Source: Bacteroides mediterraneensis (lineage in GTDB: Bacteria > Bacteroidota > Bacteroidia > Bacteroidales > Bacteroidaceae). Taken from it: a stretch of 64,000 nt of DNA. The translations under genes and the position numbers were made by a program. Shown in pieces: positions 41,787 through 51,796 of this stretch. The DNA lies in the NCBI RefSeq assembly GCF_025993685.1, contig NZ_DAJPEN010000001.1, positions 301,708-365,707 of the forward strand, written 5' to 3'. A model generated the notes under the pieces. It was not told the origin of the DNA and searched no databases. It saw only the letters and a program-made list of their open reading frames with translations. The first letter of the stretch is position 1; each line of letters opens with the position of its first letter.

Positions 41787-42842
41787 ATGAAAATAGGAGA
41801 TAAAGTACGTTTCCTGAGCGAAGTGGGCGGCGGGATTGTCCGCGGCTTTCAGGGAAAAGATGTAGCATTGGTAGAAGGGGAAGACGGGTTTGAAATCCCC
41901 ATGCTGATTAAAGAATGTGTGGTGGTTCAGACAGATGACTATAATATTCCGTTGAAATCGACCAAGAAGCCGTCGGCTCCGGAGGTGGAAGAGGAAGAAG
42001 AGGTGGAAGAAGAAAAACCGATTACGTATCGGGCTCCGGAAATCCGGGGGAATGATGTGCTGAACGTGTTCCTGGCCTACGTGCCGCAGGATGTGAAGGC
42101 CATCTCCTCTACCGCTTTTGATGCCTATCTGGTGAATGACAGCAATTATTTCGTGGATTACCTGTATCTTTCGGCAGAAGGCAACAGCTGGACGTTGCGC
42201 AGCCGGGGTACAGTGAAACCGAACATGAAGCAGCATCTGGAAGAATTTGAAAAGAGTGCCTTGAACGGTATGGAGCGTGTGGCGGTCCAGCTTCTGGCTT
42301 ATAAGGACGACCGTAGCTTCCTGTTCAAGCCGGCGGTGAGCCAGGAATTGCGCATCGACACGGTGAAATTCTACAAGCTGCATACGTTCCAGCCTTCCGA
42401 TTTCTTTGAAGAACCGGCATTGATTTATGAGATTGTGAAGGACGATGAGGCGGTAAAGCAGGTCTTCGTATCGGCCGATGACATCAAGAATGCCTTGTTG
42501 CAGAAGAGCGTGCAGGACGTACCGGCCAAGGTGCAGAAAAAGCAGCATGTGGTGAAAAACGAGATTGTGGAGGTGGACCTGCACATCCATGAATTGCTGG
42601 ACGATACCACCGGCATGGGCAATGCGGAAATGCTGAACTATCAGCTGGAGGTGTTCTGCAAGACGCTGGAAGAGTATAAGCAGAAGAAAGGCCAGCGGAT
42701 TGTGTTTATCCATGGCAAGGGAGACGGCGTGCTGCGCCGGGCCATCCTGGATGAACTGAAGCGGAAGTACAAGACTTACCAATGGCAGGATGCTTCTTTC
42801 CGGGAATACGGATTTGGAGCTACTATGGTGACAATACGTTAA
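41787..42842 (+). CDS. DUF2027 / Smr domain protein
   Basis: '[10 protein letters not shown]' N-terminus; Smr-like 'VDLHI', '[11 protein letters not shown]', 'GFGATMV'. Confidence 0.85.
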   Translation: MKIGDKVRFLSEVGGGIVRGFQGKDVALVEGEDGFEIPMLIKECVVVQTDDYNIPLKSTKKPSAPEVEEEEEVEEEKPITYRAPEIRGNDVLNVFLAYVPQDVKAISSTAFDAYLVNDSNYFVDYLYLSAEGNSWTLRSRGTVKPNMKQHLEEFEKSALNGMERVAVQLLAYKDDRSFLFKPAVSQELRIDTVKFYKLHTFQPSDFFEEPALIYEIVKDDEAVKQVFVSADDIKNALLQKSVQDVPAKVQKKQHVVKNEIVEVDLHIHELLDDTTGMGNAEMLNYQLEVFCKTLEEYKQKKGQRIVFIHGKGDGVLRRAILDELKRKYKTYQWQDASFREYGFGATMVTIR

Positions 42843-42847
42843 GAGAT

Positions 42848-43258
42848 ATGGGAACTTTGAAAGAAATGCTGTCGGCCGACCGTTTTGCGGCGGAGGCAGG
42901 AGTAGAATTGTTGGAAATCAGTCCGGGATATGCCAAGGCGCGGATGAAAGTGACCGAAAAACATTTGAATGCCGGAGGGGTTTGCCAGGGAGGTGCTTTG
43001 TTCACACTGGCTGACTTGGCTTTCGCCGCGGTGGCAAACAGCCGGGGGAGGCTGACCTTGTCGCTGAATGCGAATATCACGTTCTTGCGTGCGGTGAGCA
43101 AAGGCTATGTGTATGCGGAGGCTACTGAGACGTATAATCATGCCCGGGTACCTTTCATCGAAGTACACTTGGTGGATGAACAGCAGCAGCTGATTGCCGT
43201 ACTGACCAGTTCGGGGTACCGGAAAAGTGAGGAGCTGGAGGTAGATGAGCTGGAATAA
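42848..43258 (+). CDS. PaaI family thioesterase (hotdog fold)
   Basis: 'HLNAGGVCQGGALFTLAD'. Confidence 0.88.
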   Translation: MGTLKEMLSADRFAAEAGVELLEISPGYAKARMKVTEKHLNAGGVCQGGALFTLADLAFAAVANSRGRLTLSLNANITFLRAVSKGYVYAEATETYNHARVPFIEVHLVDEQQQLIAVLTSSGYRKSEELEVDELE

Positions 43259-43303
43259 AGTGGAAAGGAATTGTCGGGAGTATTCCCGCTCCTGAATGAT
43301 GGA

Positions 43304-43400
43304 AAAATCCCCCTTGTTTTCAGGAATTTGAAGCGACCCTAAAAAGTGGAATATAAAACTTTTGGGATTACTTCAATTCAGAAGCAAGGGGGATTTTTTT
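43304..43400. terminator. Bidirectional terminator hairpin between the PaaI gene and metY, with an enlarged loop
   Basis: aaaaatcccccttg / caagggggattttt stem. Confidence 0.7.
43329..43375. mobile_element. 47-bp IS3-end-like mini-element with ATT target duplication
   Basis: TGAAGCGACCCTAAAAAGT ... ACTTTTGGGATTACTTCA (TG...CA inverted ends); ATT at 43326-43328 and 43376-43378. Confidence 0.55.
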
Positions 43401-43409
43401 ACTCGTTTG

Positions 43410-44696
43410 TCAGATTTGTGCAAAGGCCTGTGTCAAGTCGGCAATCAAATCATCGATATGTTCGGTGCCTATTGACAAGCGGATGGTAGCTTGCGTGATT
43501 CCTTGTGCGGCCAGTTCTTCGTCATTGAGCTGGGAGTGAGTGGTGCTGGCCGGATGGATGACCAGCGATTTCACATCAGCCACATTGGCCAGCAAGGAGA
43601 AAATCTTCAGGTGGTCGATGAAGCGGTGGGCTTCGGCGCGTCCTCCTTGAATCTCGAAGGTAAAGATGGAACCGGCTCCTTTCGGGAAATATTTCTGGTA
43701 GAGTGCCGGAGAGGTGTGTGACGGCAACGACGGATGGTTGACTTTCGTCACCTTGGGGTGGTGTTGCAGGAAGTCCACTACCTTCAAGGCATTTTCCACA
43801 TGGCGTTCCACTCTCAGTGAAAGGGTTTCCAGCCCTTGCAGGAGAAGGAAGGCATTGAACGGACTGAGGGCGGCTCCGGTGTCGCGAAGCAGGATGGCCC
43901 GGATGCGGGTCACATAGGCGGCAGCTCCGGCTACATCGGTAAAGCAGAGTCCGTGGTAGCATGGGTCGGGGTCGGTCAGTTGAGGGAATTTTCCGGAAGC
44001 CTTCCAGTCGAACTTGCCGGAGTCCACGATGATACCTCCCAGCGAGGTGCCGTGCCCGCCGATGAATTTGGTGGCTGAATGAATCACGATGTCGGCTCCG
44101 TGTTCAATGGGGCGCAACAGATAAGGCGTGGCAAAGGTGTTGTCTATCAAAAGGGGAATCTGATGGCGGTGGGCAATTTCCGCAATGCGTTCAATGTCCA
44201 CCAGCGTACTGTTGGGATTTCCCAGGCTCTCGATAAATAATGCTTTGGTGTTCGGCTGGATGGCCCGCTCGAAGTTCTCCGGGTCTTCCGGGTCTACGAA
44301 GGTAGTATGTACGCCCCGGGTAGGGAAAGTATGTGCCAGCAGATTATAGGTGCCTCCATAAATGGTGCAGGAGGATACGATATGGTCACCTTGGCAGGTG
44401 ATGTTCTCAAACGCATAACTGATGGCGGCAGCTCCTGAGGCGACGGCCAAGGCTGCAACTCCACCTTCCAGTGCGGCCACCCGCTGTTCTAGTACGTCTT
44501 GTGTGGGATTGGTCAGACGACCGTAAATGTTTCCGGTCTCTTCCAGACTGAAACGGGCGGCTGCATGGGCAGAATCACGGAACACATACGAAGTGGTCTG
44601 ATAAATAGGTACGGCCCGTGCGTCAGTAGTGGGGTCGGGAGTTTCTTGTCCTACGTGTAGTTGAAGTGTTTCAAAGTGTAGCTTAGTCTTTTCCAT
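43410..44696 (-). CDS. metY: O-acetylhomoserine aminocarboxypropyltransferase (sulfhydrylase)
   Basis: 'PIYQTTSY', 'YGRLTNPT', PLP lysine '[11 protein letters not shown]', '[10 protein letters not shown]'. Confidence 0.94.
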   Translation of the reverse strand: MEKTKLHFETLQLHVGQETPDPTTDARAVPIYQTTSYVFRDSAHAAARFSLEETGNIYGRLTNPTQDVLEQRVAALEGGVAALAVASGAAAISYAFENITCQGDHIVSSCTIYGGTYNLLAHTFPTRGVHTTFVDPEDPENFERAIQPNTKALFIESLGNPNSTLVDIERIAEIAHRHQIPLLIDNTFATPYLLRPIEHGADIVIHSATKFIGGHGTSLGGIIVDSGKFDWKASGKFPQLTDPDPCYHGLCFTDVAGAAAYVTRIRAILLRDTGAALSPFNAFLLLQGLETLSLRVERHVENALKVVDFLQHHPKVTKVNHPSLPSHTSPALYQKYFPKGAGSIFTFEIQGGRAEAHRFIDHLKIFSLLANVADVKSLVIHPASTTHSQLNDEELAAQGITQATIRLSIGTEHIDDLIADLTQAFAQI

Positions 44697-44847
44697 TGCA
44701 GTGAGTTTTTAGGGGTTTAAATACAATGCAAAAGTAGTTCTGATGGATATATCCTCCAATATGAACGAAAAATATGGAAAATTTATCTATAAAGTTCTGC
44801 TATGAAAGAAAAAACGATTAGTTTTGCACACATAAAACAAACTTTGC

Positions 44848-44862
44848 TAGAATAATATTCTG
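44848..44862. promoter_or_regulatory. Lrp-like operator TAGAATAATATTCTG
   Basis: Palindromic 15-mer abutting the Lrp-family start codon; near-identical copy at 45376. Confidence 0.6.
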
Positions 44863-45327
44863 ATGACGGAAAAATTGGATAAAGTAGATTTGCAGATTCT
44901 CCGCACGTTGCAGGAGAATGCCCGGCTGACTACCAAAGAACTGGCGGCTCAGGTCAGTCTGTCATCCACACCCGTATTCGAGCGATTGAAAAGACTGGAA
45001 CGGGAAGGATACATCAAGAAATACATTGCTGTGCTCGATGCTGACAAGCTGAATCAGGGGTTTGTGGTGTTCTGCAACGTGAAGCTGCGCCGGATGAACA
45101 AGGACATTGCCATGGAGTTTACCCGTATCGTGCAGCAGATACCAGAGGTGACGGAGTGTTACAACATTTCCGGCAGCTACGATTACCTGCTGAAAATCCA
45201 TGCTCCGAACATGAAATACTATCAGGAATTTATTATTAATGTATTGGGTACGGTAGACAGTCTGGGTTCGTTGGAAAGCATGTTTGTGATGGATGAAGTG
45301 AAGCACGACTACGGACTTCATATTTAG
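44863..45327 (+). CDS. Lrp/AsnC family transcriptional regulator
   Basis: 'LDKVDLQILRTLQENAR', HTH 'LSSTPVFERLKRLEREGYI', 'ECYNISGSYDYLLK'. Confidence 0.94.
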   Translation: MTEKLDKVDLQILRTLQENARLTTKELAAQVSLSSTPVFERLKRLEREGYIKKYIAVLDADKLNQGFVVFCNVKLRRMNKDIAMEFTRIVQQIPEVTECYNISGSYDYLLKIHAPNMKYYQEFIINVLGTVDSLGSLESMFVMDEVKHDYGLHI

Positions 45328-45375
45328 ACCTCTGTACGGTTTACTGCTCTTTTATTCTATAATCGAAGCTCTGAA

Positions 45376-45390
45376 TAGAATATTATTCTG
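45376..45390. promoter_or_regulatory. Lrp-like operator TAGAATATTATTCTG upstream of metF
   Basis: Palindromic 15-mer, 14/15 identical to the 44848 site; TATCTTTG -7 element follows at ~45471-45478. Confidence 0.6.
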
Positions 45391-45502
45391 TTTTGACAGG
45401 TGTTTTGTGGGTTAAACACTCTCTTTTTTCTAAATATCACCAGAGTGTTGGTGGATAAATCAAATGCTTGTATCTTTGTCGGTATAAATTTACAAATGCA
45501 CG

Positions 45503-46456
45503 ATGAAAGTAATAGATTTGATAAAGAATAGTAAGGAACCGATATTTTCCTTTGAGATTTTGCCGCCTTTGAAAGGAAACAGCATACAAAAAGTATATCA
45601 CGTCATCGACAAGTTGCGGGAGTTCGATCCCAAGTACATTAATATCACGGCTCACCACAGTGAGATTGTGTATCTGCCGCAACCCGACGGCAACCTGAAG
45701 AAGACCACTGTCCGGAAACGTCCGGGAACGGTCGCCATTGCGGCAGCCATTCAGAACAAGTACGGCATTCAGGCGGTTCCCCATATCATCTGTAAGGGAT
45801 TTACCAAGGAAGAAACGGAATACGCCTTGCTCGACCTGAACTTTCTGGGCATTACCAATCTGTTGTTGCTGAGAGGTGACTCCAAACCGTTGGACATTGC
45901 GGCCAAGGACCTGTATTTGTACAACGAACACGCCACCGACTTGCAGGAGCAGGTGAACCGTTTTAATCAAGGCATCTCACTGGATGGTTCGAAAATTGAA
46001 GGCATTGAAACTCCTTTCTCTTATGGCATGGCCTGCTATCCGGAAAAGCATGAAGAAGCGCCCAACATGGAATCGGACCTGTTCTATCTGAAAGAGAAAG
46101 TACGCAATGGGGCCGATTACGTGGTGACTCAGATGTTTTTTGACAACGAAAAATACTATGCTTTTGTAGACCGTTGTCGTCAGGAAGGCATTGAGGTGCC
46201 TATCATCCCGGGCATTAAGCCGGTAGTCTTCAAGAACCAGTTGAATGTGCTGCCTAAAGTGTTCCGTACCGATATCCCCGAAGCCTTTGCTTCAGAGCTC
46301 CGTAAATGTGAGAATGACGAGGAAGTGAAAGCTGTAGGAGTGGAATGGTGCAAGGCACAGTGCAAGGACTTGCTGGCACATGGGGTTCCCGGTCTGCATT
46401 TCTACACTTTCATGGCTTCCGACAGTGTATATAAGGTAGCCAAGGAGATTTATTAA
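45503..46456 (+). CDS. metF: 5,10-methylenetetrahydrofolate reductase
   Basis: 'SFEILPP', 'LRGD', 'ACYPEKH', 'VTQMFFD', 'LHFYT'. Confidence 0.95.
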   Translation: MKVIDLIKNSKEPIFSFEILPPLKGNSIQKVYHVIDKLREFDPKYINITAHHSEIVYLPQPDGNLKKTTVRKRPGTVAIAAAIQNKYGIQAVPHIICKGFTKEETEYALLDLNFLGITNLLLLRGDSKPLDIAAKDLYLYNEHATDLQEQVNRFNQGISLDGSKIEGIETPFSYGMACYPEKHEEAPNMESDLFYLKEKVRNGADYVVTQMFFDNEKYYAFVDRCRQEGIEVPIIPGIKPVVFKNQLNVLPKVFRTDIPEAFASELRKCENDEEVKAVGVEWCKAQCKDLLAHGVPGLHFYTFMASDSVYKVAKEIY

Positions 46457-48555
46457 TCTCTTTGGCCTTTGAGAGCAATCCTTCTTAACCGGATGCGCAG
46501 ATTGGACAATTCTGCGTCAGTATGCGGGGAAGAGGGATTGTGTGGTTTCAGCACAAGATGATGGTCTTTCCCGTTGAGTGCATCGGGTAGTACCACATCC
46601 TGCCGGTAGACTTTCTGTTCTTCTGCCGGGCGCAACAGGTAGGTGGCTTGGTCTTCAAAGCGGTTGTAAGTGCGGAGCACGACTTGGTTCATACCCTTTT
46701 TGAGCGGGAGCACGATTTTTTCCATACGGAACTGAGTCCGATACGGGTTCAGGTGTTTGGCAATCAGTTTTCCATTGACATAGACTTCCATTCCGTTCCC
46801 CGCTCCGATTTCAGCCAGAATATGTTGTGAACGGGGTGATTCTACTTCTCTCAGAATATAATAGCTGGCGAATTGGGGACAATCCAACGTATCGCTCTCT
46901 GCTGCGGGCTTCCAGTTTTTACCGGTGAGAGGAGTTTGTTGCAGGTTGGCAATCAACGTGTCTTTTGAATGGAATATCCCGTTGCCCGGGCCACAGATAT
47001 AGGTTTTTCCCCATACCGTATTGGAAAGCGAAGTCACTTTCTGTTCCTTTCCTTTATTCAAAGTGACGTGATAGGTTTTTCCATCCAGAATCAGGTCGAT
47101 TTTCCGTCCGGCTTCCTGTGGTGTGTAAATGAGTTCCAGCTGTTTGAGGAGCAGTTGCTCAAAATCCCAGCTGTAACCGATGACACTGCGGTAGTTGGTA
47201 TAATAGTCAAAGCAGGAATAGCTGTATTGTGGCGTGGCATTTTGTGCGGTCAGCATCGTGCTTCTGACTGTATTTCCCGGAAGAGGTTCAATCTTTTTGT
47301 CGAACGAGAGTGTCAGCACATGGATTTGTTTGTCTTTGTAGGCTGAGGCCGGAATGGTGAGTACCACCTCGTCACCATATTGCAGATAGGTGGCCATTTT
47401 CCCGTCTCCTTTCTGCAGGATATAACCCGGCATGGAGAAGGTGATTTTCCCATCCTTGGGATAAGTACCCGATAGGAAGAGATACAGGTGATTGTCTTTA
47501 CGGGTCACTTCTCCCCAGTCGAACTCTTCCTGAAACGGAGAGGCTTCCGTCTGATATACGGCATAACCGTAATGGGAAAGCCAGTTGCCGACTTGTTCCA
47601 GCACTTCTTTCTCAAAGTCGACCACTTCTCCGTTGCCTTTAGGGCCGATGTTGAGCAGGTAGTTTCCTCCTCTGGAAACTACATTAATCAGACTGCGTGT
47701 CTTTTCCCGTACTTTGTCTTCCACGTTGCCGCGTGCCTGCCAAGAGCGGTATCCCCATGTTTCGTCGAACATGGAAGCTGCGCTTTGCCAGGGAGCATGG
47801 AGTGTCTTTTCCGGATAATCATTGTCGGCCATCACACAGAAATCGTATTGGTCGTTTCCCAGTCGCCCGCTGACCATGCAGTCGGGTTGGTACCGGTGAA
47901 CCATTTCGTAAAGTTCTTTGCTCTGTGCGGGCGTATTGGAACCCATGTCGAACCACAGTTCCGAAATGGTTCCGTAGTGGGTAAGTAATTCTTTCAGTTG
48001 CTGTTTGGAGTAATTGTGGTGACTCTCCGTGATGAAATCTGCATTGTGCGGTGACATGGGCGAAGCATACGGGTAGTGCCAGTCGATGAGTGAAAAGTAT
48101 AGTCCGAACCGCAGTCCTTGCCGCCGGGCCGCTTCCGACAGTTCTTTGACGAAGTCCCGTTTGCAAGGGGAGACATCGTAGGAGTTGAACGGGGTAGTGG
48201 CGGTTTTGAACAGACAGAATCCGTCGTGATGCTTGCTGGTAAAGATAATGGAATGCATGCCGGCTTTCCTGGCCAGCAGGGCGATAGAATCGGCGTTGAA
48301 TTCCGTAGGATTGAATTCATGGGCTATCTTTTCATATTCTGCTTGTGGTATTTGTGCAAAGGCCCGAATCTGTTCACTGTATCCATCCTGAATCTGTTTC
48401 TGGTGCCACACTCCTCCCAGCTGGGAATAGAGTCCGAAGTGAATGAACATGGAATATTTGTCACCGTGCCATTTCTGGAAGGCGGCTGAAGATACCTGAC
48501 CTTTCGCTCCCAGACCGATTATGCACATTAATAGGAGGATAAATAGCTTTTTCAT
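46453..48555 (-). CDS. Alpha-L-fucosidase (GH29) with C-terminal accessory domains
   Basis: 'MFIHFGLYS', 'TSKHHDGF', 'ELWFDMG', 'NYLLNIGP'. Confidence 0.92.
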   Translation of the reverse strand: MKKLFILLLMCIIGLGAKGQVSSAAFQKWHGDKYSMFIHFGLYSQLGGVWHQKQIQDGYSEQIRAFAQIPQAEYEKIAHEFNPTEFNADSIALLARKAGMHSIIFTSKHHDGFCLFKTATTPFNSYDVSPCKRDFVKELSEAARRQGLRFGLYFSLIDWHYPYASPMSPHNADFITESHHNYSKQQLKELLTHYGTISELWFDMGSNTPAQSKELYEMVHRYQPDCMVSGRLGNDQYDFCVMADNDYPEKTLHAPWQSAASMFDETWGYRSWQARGNVEDKVREKTRSLINVVSRGGNYLLNIGPKGNGEVVDFEKEVLEQVGNWLSHYGYAVYQTEASPFQEEFDWGEVTRKDNHLYLFLSGTYPKDGKITFSMPGYILQKGDGKMATYLQYGDEVVLTIPASAYKDKQIHVLTLSFDKKIEPLPGNTVRSTMLTAQNATPQYSYSCFDYYTNYRSVIGYSWDFEQLLLKQLELIYTPQEAGRKIDLILDGKTYHVTLNKGKEQKVTSLSNTVWGKTYICGPGNGIFHSKDTLIANLQQTPLTGKNWKPAAESDTLDCPQFASYYILREVESPRSQHILAEIGAGNGMEVYVNGKLIAKHLNPYRTQFRMEKIVLPLKKGMNQVVLRTYNRFEDQATYLLRPAEEQKVYRQDVVLPDALNGKDHHLVLKPHNPSSPHTDAELSNLRIRLRRIALKGQRD

Positions 48556-48668
48556 GGGCTTTTACTTGTATTCTTGAAAGCAAAGATAAGGAGTTCTTTG
48601 CTTTTATAGTGCTTTTTTATGTAATTTTGCAGCCGATTTAAAAACCATTAAAAACAAGTTAAATTCAA

Positions 48669-49370
48669 ATGAAAAAATTATTTCTTTTCGTACTTCTTCT
48701 GTCTGCCTTCGTGGGAGGAGCCGTGGCGCAGAACATTCAGTTACACTACGACTTGGGACGTGCCTTGTACAAATCACTCGACGAGCGTCCTTGGGTAACC
48801 ACCACGGTCGAAATGTTCAAGGCCGACAAGTGGGGAAGCACGTATTTCTTTGTCGATATGGATTACACGGATAAAGGAGTGGCTTCTGCTTATTGGGAAA
48901 TCAGCCGGGAACTGAAATTCTGGAAAGCTCCTTTTTCTGCACACGTGGAATACAACGGTGGTTTGAATTACATTAACAACGCTTTTCTGGGAGGTGCCAC
49001 TTATTCTTGGAACAACAGTGATTTCTCAAAGACATTTGGTATTCAGGTGTTGTATAAATATATTCAGAAGAATGTAAAGCCCCATAATTTCCAGTTAACG
49101 GGTACCTGGACACTGAACTTCTGGCAGGAAAAGTTCACGTTCAGCGGATTTGCCGATTTCTGGCGCGAGAAGCATACCGATGTGAACGGGAAGAATCATA
49201 ACTTCATATTCATCAGTGAGCCTCAGTTCTGGATAAACCTGAACAAGTTCAAACATGTGAATGACAATCTGAACCTGAGCGTGGGTTCGGAATGGGAACT
49301 GAGTCACAACTTTGCTACGCGCGACGGTTTTTATTTCATCCCGACGCTGGCCATGAAGTGGACTTTCTGA
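48669..49370 (+). CDS. Outer-membrane protein, DUF5020 / Tsx-like nucleoside channel
   Basis: Signal peptide, amphipathic beta-strands, 'DKWGSTYFFVD', C-terminal Phe; directly upstream of an NCS2 permease. Confidence 0.75.
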   Translation: MKKLFLFVLLLSAFVGGAVAQNIQLHYDLGRALYKSLDERPWVTTTVEMFKADKWGSTYFFVDMDYTDKGVASAYWEISRELKFWKAPFSAHVEYNGGLNYINNAFLGGATYSWNNSDFSKTFGIQVLYKYIQKNVKPHNFQLTGTWTLNFWQEKFTFSGFADFWREKHTDVNGKNHNFIFISEPQFWINLNKFKHVNDNLNLSVGSEWELSHNFATRDGFYFIPTLAMKWTF

Positions 49371-49402
49371 TGTTGTTGGAATAGACTTAACGCAATTATA
49401 CA

Positions 49403-50695
49403 ATGAAAATGCTTGAAAAATTATTTGGTTTTAATCCTCGTGAGACCCGTGTGCGTACGGAAATCCTGGCCGGTATCACCACCTTTCTGACCATGGCCTA
49501 TATTTTGGCCGTCAACCCGAATATTCTGGCGGCTACGGGGATGGATAAAGGAGCGCTGTTTACTACCACAGTCATCGCTTCTGCCTTTGCCACCTTATTG
49601 ATGGCAGTGTATGCGAAACTTCCTTTCGGACTGGCCCCGGGTATGGGCTTGAATGCGTTTTTTGCCTATACGGTGTGTCTGACGCTCGGATATACTTGGC
49701 AGTTTGCCCTGACAGCTGTCCTTTTGGAAGGAATTATCTTTATTCTGTTGACGGTGACCAATCTGCGTGAAAAGATTGTGGATGCGCTTCCGCTGACGCT
49801 TCGGAATGCCATCGGAGCCGGTATCGGTCTGTTTATCGCTTTCATCGGTCTGCAGAATGCCGGTATCATTGTGAATAACGATGCGACCTTGATTTCGTTG
49901 GGGGATATTACTTCCGGCTCTGCTTTGCTGGGAATCATCGGTCTGCTGGTAACTTCCATCTTGCTGGTGAAGAAGGTGCGTGGCGCCCTGCTGATTGGTA
50001 TTTTGCTGACTACTGTCATCGGCATTCCGATGGGGCTGACCCATTTGGACGGCGTGTTCAGTACGCCTCCTTCTATTGCACCGATTTTCTGCCAGTTCCA
50101 GTGGGAGCATATCTTCACCAAGGAAATGGTTATCGTAGTCTTTACCTTTCTGTTTGTGGACATGTTTGATACCATTGGTACGCTGGTCGGAGTGACTACC
50201 AAGGCGGGGATGGTGACGAAAGACGGAAAGATTCCGCATTTGAAACAGGCTTTTCTGGTGGATGCGGTTGGTACAACTGCCGGTGCCGTATTGGGAACCA
50301 GTACCATTACCACTTTTGTAGAAAGTGCTTCCGGAGTGGGAGAAGGGGGACGCAGCGGTCTGACAGCTTTCGTGACTGCCGTTTGTTTCCTGTTGTCCTT
50401 GTTCTTGGCTCCTTTCTTCCTGGCCGTTCCGGGAGCTGCCACCGCTCCGGTACTGATTCTGGTAGGACTGATGATGATGTCTTCCGTCAAGAAAGTGGAC
50501 TTCCTGGATTATTCCGAAGCGATTCCGGCTTTCATCTGTATCATTTTCATGCCGTTGGCTTATAGTATCTCCGACGGTATTGTGTTGGGAATGATCAGTT
50601 ATGTGCTGATTAACTTATTGTGCGGGCATACCAAGAAACTGACACCGGCTATGTACATCTTGTCGGTTATCTTTGTCTTTAAGTTTTTCTTGTAG
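49403..50695 (+). CDS. NCS2 family (AzgA-like) purine permease
   Basis: 'EILAGITTFLTMAYI', 'APGMGLNAFF', 'DMFDTIGT', 'ESASGV..GGRSGL'. Confidence 0.93.
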   Translation: MKMLEKLFGFNPRETRVRTEILAGITTFLTMAYILAVNPNILAATGMDKGALFTTTVIASAFATLLMAVYAKLPFGLAPGMGLNAFFAYTVCLTLGYTWQFALTAVLLEGIIFILLTVTNLREKIVDALPLTLRNAIGAGIGLFIAFIGLQNAGIIVNNDATLISLGDITSGSALLGIIGLLVTSILLVKKVRGALLIGILLTTVIGIPMGLTHLDGVFSTPPSIAPIFCQFQWEHIFTKEMVIVVFTFLFVDMFDTIGTLVGVTTKAGMVTKDGKIPHLKQAFLVDAVGTTAGAVLGTSTITTFVESASGVGEGGRSGLTAFVTAVCFLLSLFLAPFFLAVPGAATAPVLILVGLMMMSSVKKVDFLDYSEAIPAFICIIFMPLAYSISDGIVLGMISYVLINLLCGHTKKLTPAMYILSVIFVFKFFL

Positions 50696-50718
50696 TTTGA
50701 GTCCGTTTCGAGTATACG

Positions 50719-50762
50719 GCGGAAATACCGGTGTAATGGGAATCGGTATTTCCGCTTTTTTT
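50719..50762 (+). terminator. Intrinsic terminator after the NCS2 permease
   Basis: gcggaaataccg / cggtatttccgc plus T-tract. Confidence 0.8.
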
Positions 50763-50860
50763 ATGCATAAAATGTGGTCAAATGTTTCCGATTAATGGGA
50801 TTTTTTTACCTTTGTTGAATGTGAAATTGTTTTTATGTTCAAACTTTTAAAATCTAAGAC

Positions 50861-51778
50861 ATGAATGATTCTTTTTTAGAAACACGACAAGTCACCAAAC
50901 GTTATGCCAACCATACGGCACTGGATGGAGTGAGCATTCAGGTGCCTAAGGGGCAGGTCTTTGGTCTACTGGGACCCAATGGGGCTGGAAAGACCACTTT
51001 GATTCGTATCATTAACCGTATTACGGCTCCCGATGCGGGAGAAGTCTGGTTCGACGGCCGCCTTTCCCAACCACAGGATATCTATTCCATCGGCTATCTT
51101 CCGGAAGAACGCGGACTTTACAAAAAAATGAAGGTGGGCGAGCAGGCTGTTTATCTGGCCCAACTGAAAGGCTTGAGCCGTCAGGAGGCAAAGAAGCGCC
51201 TGACCGACTGGTTCGAGCGGTTTGACATTATGCCTTGGTGGAACAAGAAGCTGGAAGAACTGTCCAAAGGTATGCAGCAGAAAGTGCAGTTTGTCATTAC
51301 GGTACTCCACCGTCCTCCTTTGTTGATTTTCGATGAGCCGTTTTCCGGTTTCGACCCGGTAAATGCGGAACTGCTGAAACGCGAAATTCTGAAGCTGAAA
51401 GAAGAAGGGCATACCATTATCTTCTCTACGCACAACATGGCGTCCGTAGAAGAGATTTGTGACCATATTGCTTTGATCAATCATTCCAAGGTGGTGTTGC
51501 AGGGAGCGGTGAAGGATATTCGTTCCCAGTATAAGAGCAATCTGTATGAATTGACCGTGCAGTCGGCCCAGCCATTGCCGGAATCGGATGCCTTCGAAGT
51601 GGTCGGTCGTCAAGTGCTCGATGCGCAGACGGTCAGCTATAAATTGCGTAAGCTGACTTCCATTTCCAATTCGGAAATGCTGTCACAGATTGGGGCCCAG
51701 GCCGAAATCACCCAGTTCTCGGAATGTATTCCTTCCATGAATGATATCTTCATCCGTACAGTAGAAGGAAAAGTCTAA
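50861..51778 (+). CDS. ABC transporter ATP-binding protein (NatA/YhaQ-like)
   Basis: 'GPNGAGKTT', 'LSKGMQQK', 'FDEPFSGFDP'. Confidence 0.93.
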   Translation: MNDSFLETRQVTKRYANHTALDGVSIQVPKGQVFGLLGPNGAGKTTLIRIINRITAPDAGEVWFDGRLSQPQDIYSIGYLPEERGLYKKMKVGEQAVYLAQLKGLSRQEAKKRLTDWFERFDIMPWWNKKLEELSKGMQQKVQFVITVLHRPPLLIFDEPFSGFDPVNAELLKREILKLKEEGHTIIFSTHNMASVEEICDHIALINHSKVVLQGAVKDIRSQYKSNLYELTVQSAQPLPESDAFEVVGRQVLDAQTVSYKLRKLTSISNSEMLSQIGAQAEITQFSECIPSMNDIFIRTVEGKV

Positions 51779-51796
51779 CTAAAATCTGCTTTTGCT

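Noticed and set aside
44697..44862. SAM riboswitch upstream of metY
   Set aside because: Short AT-rich divergent promoter region with no recognisable SAM-I or SAM-II core.
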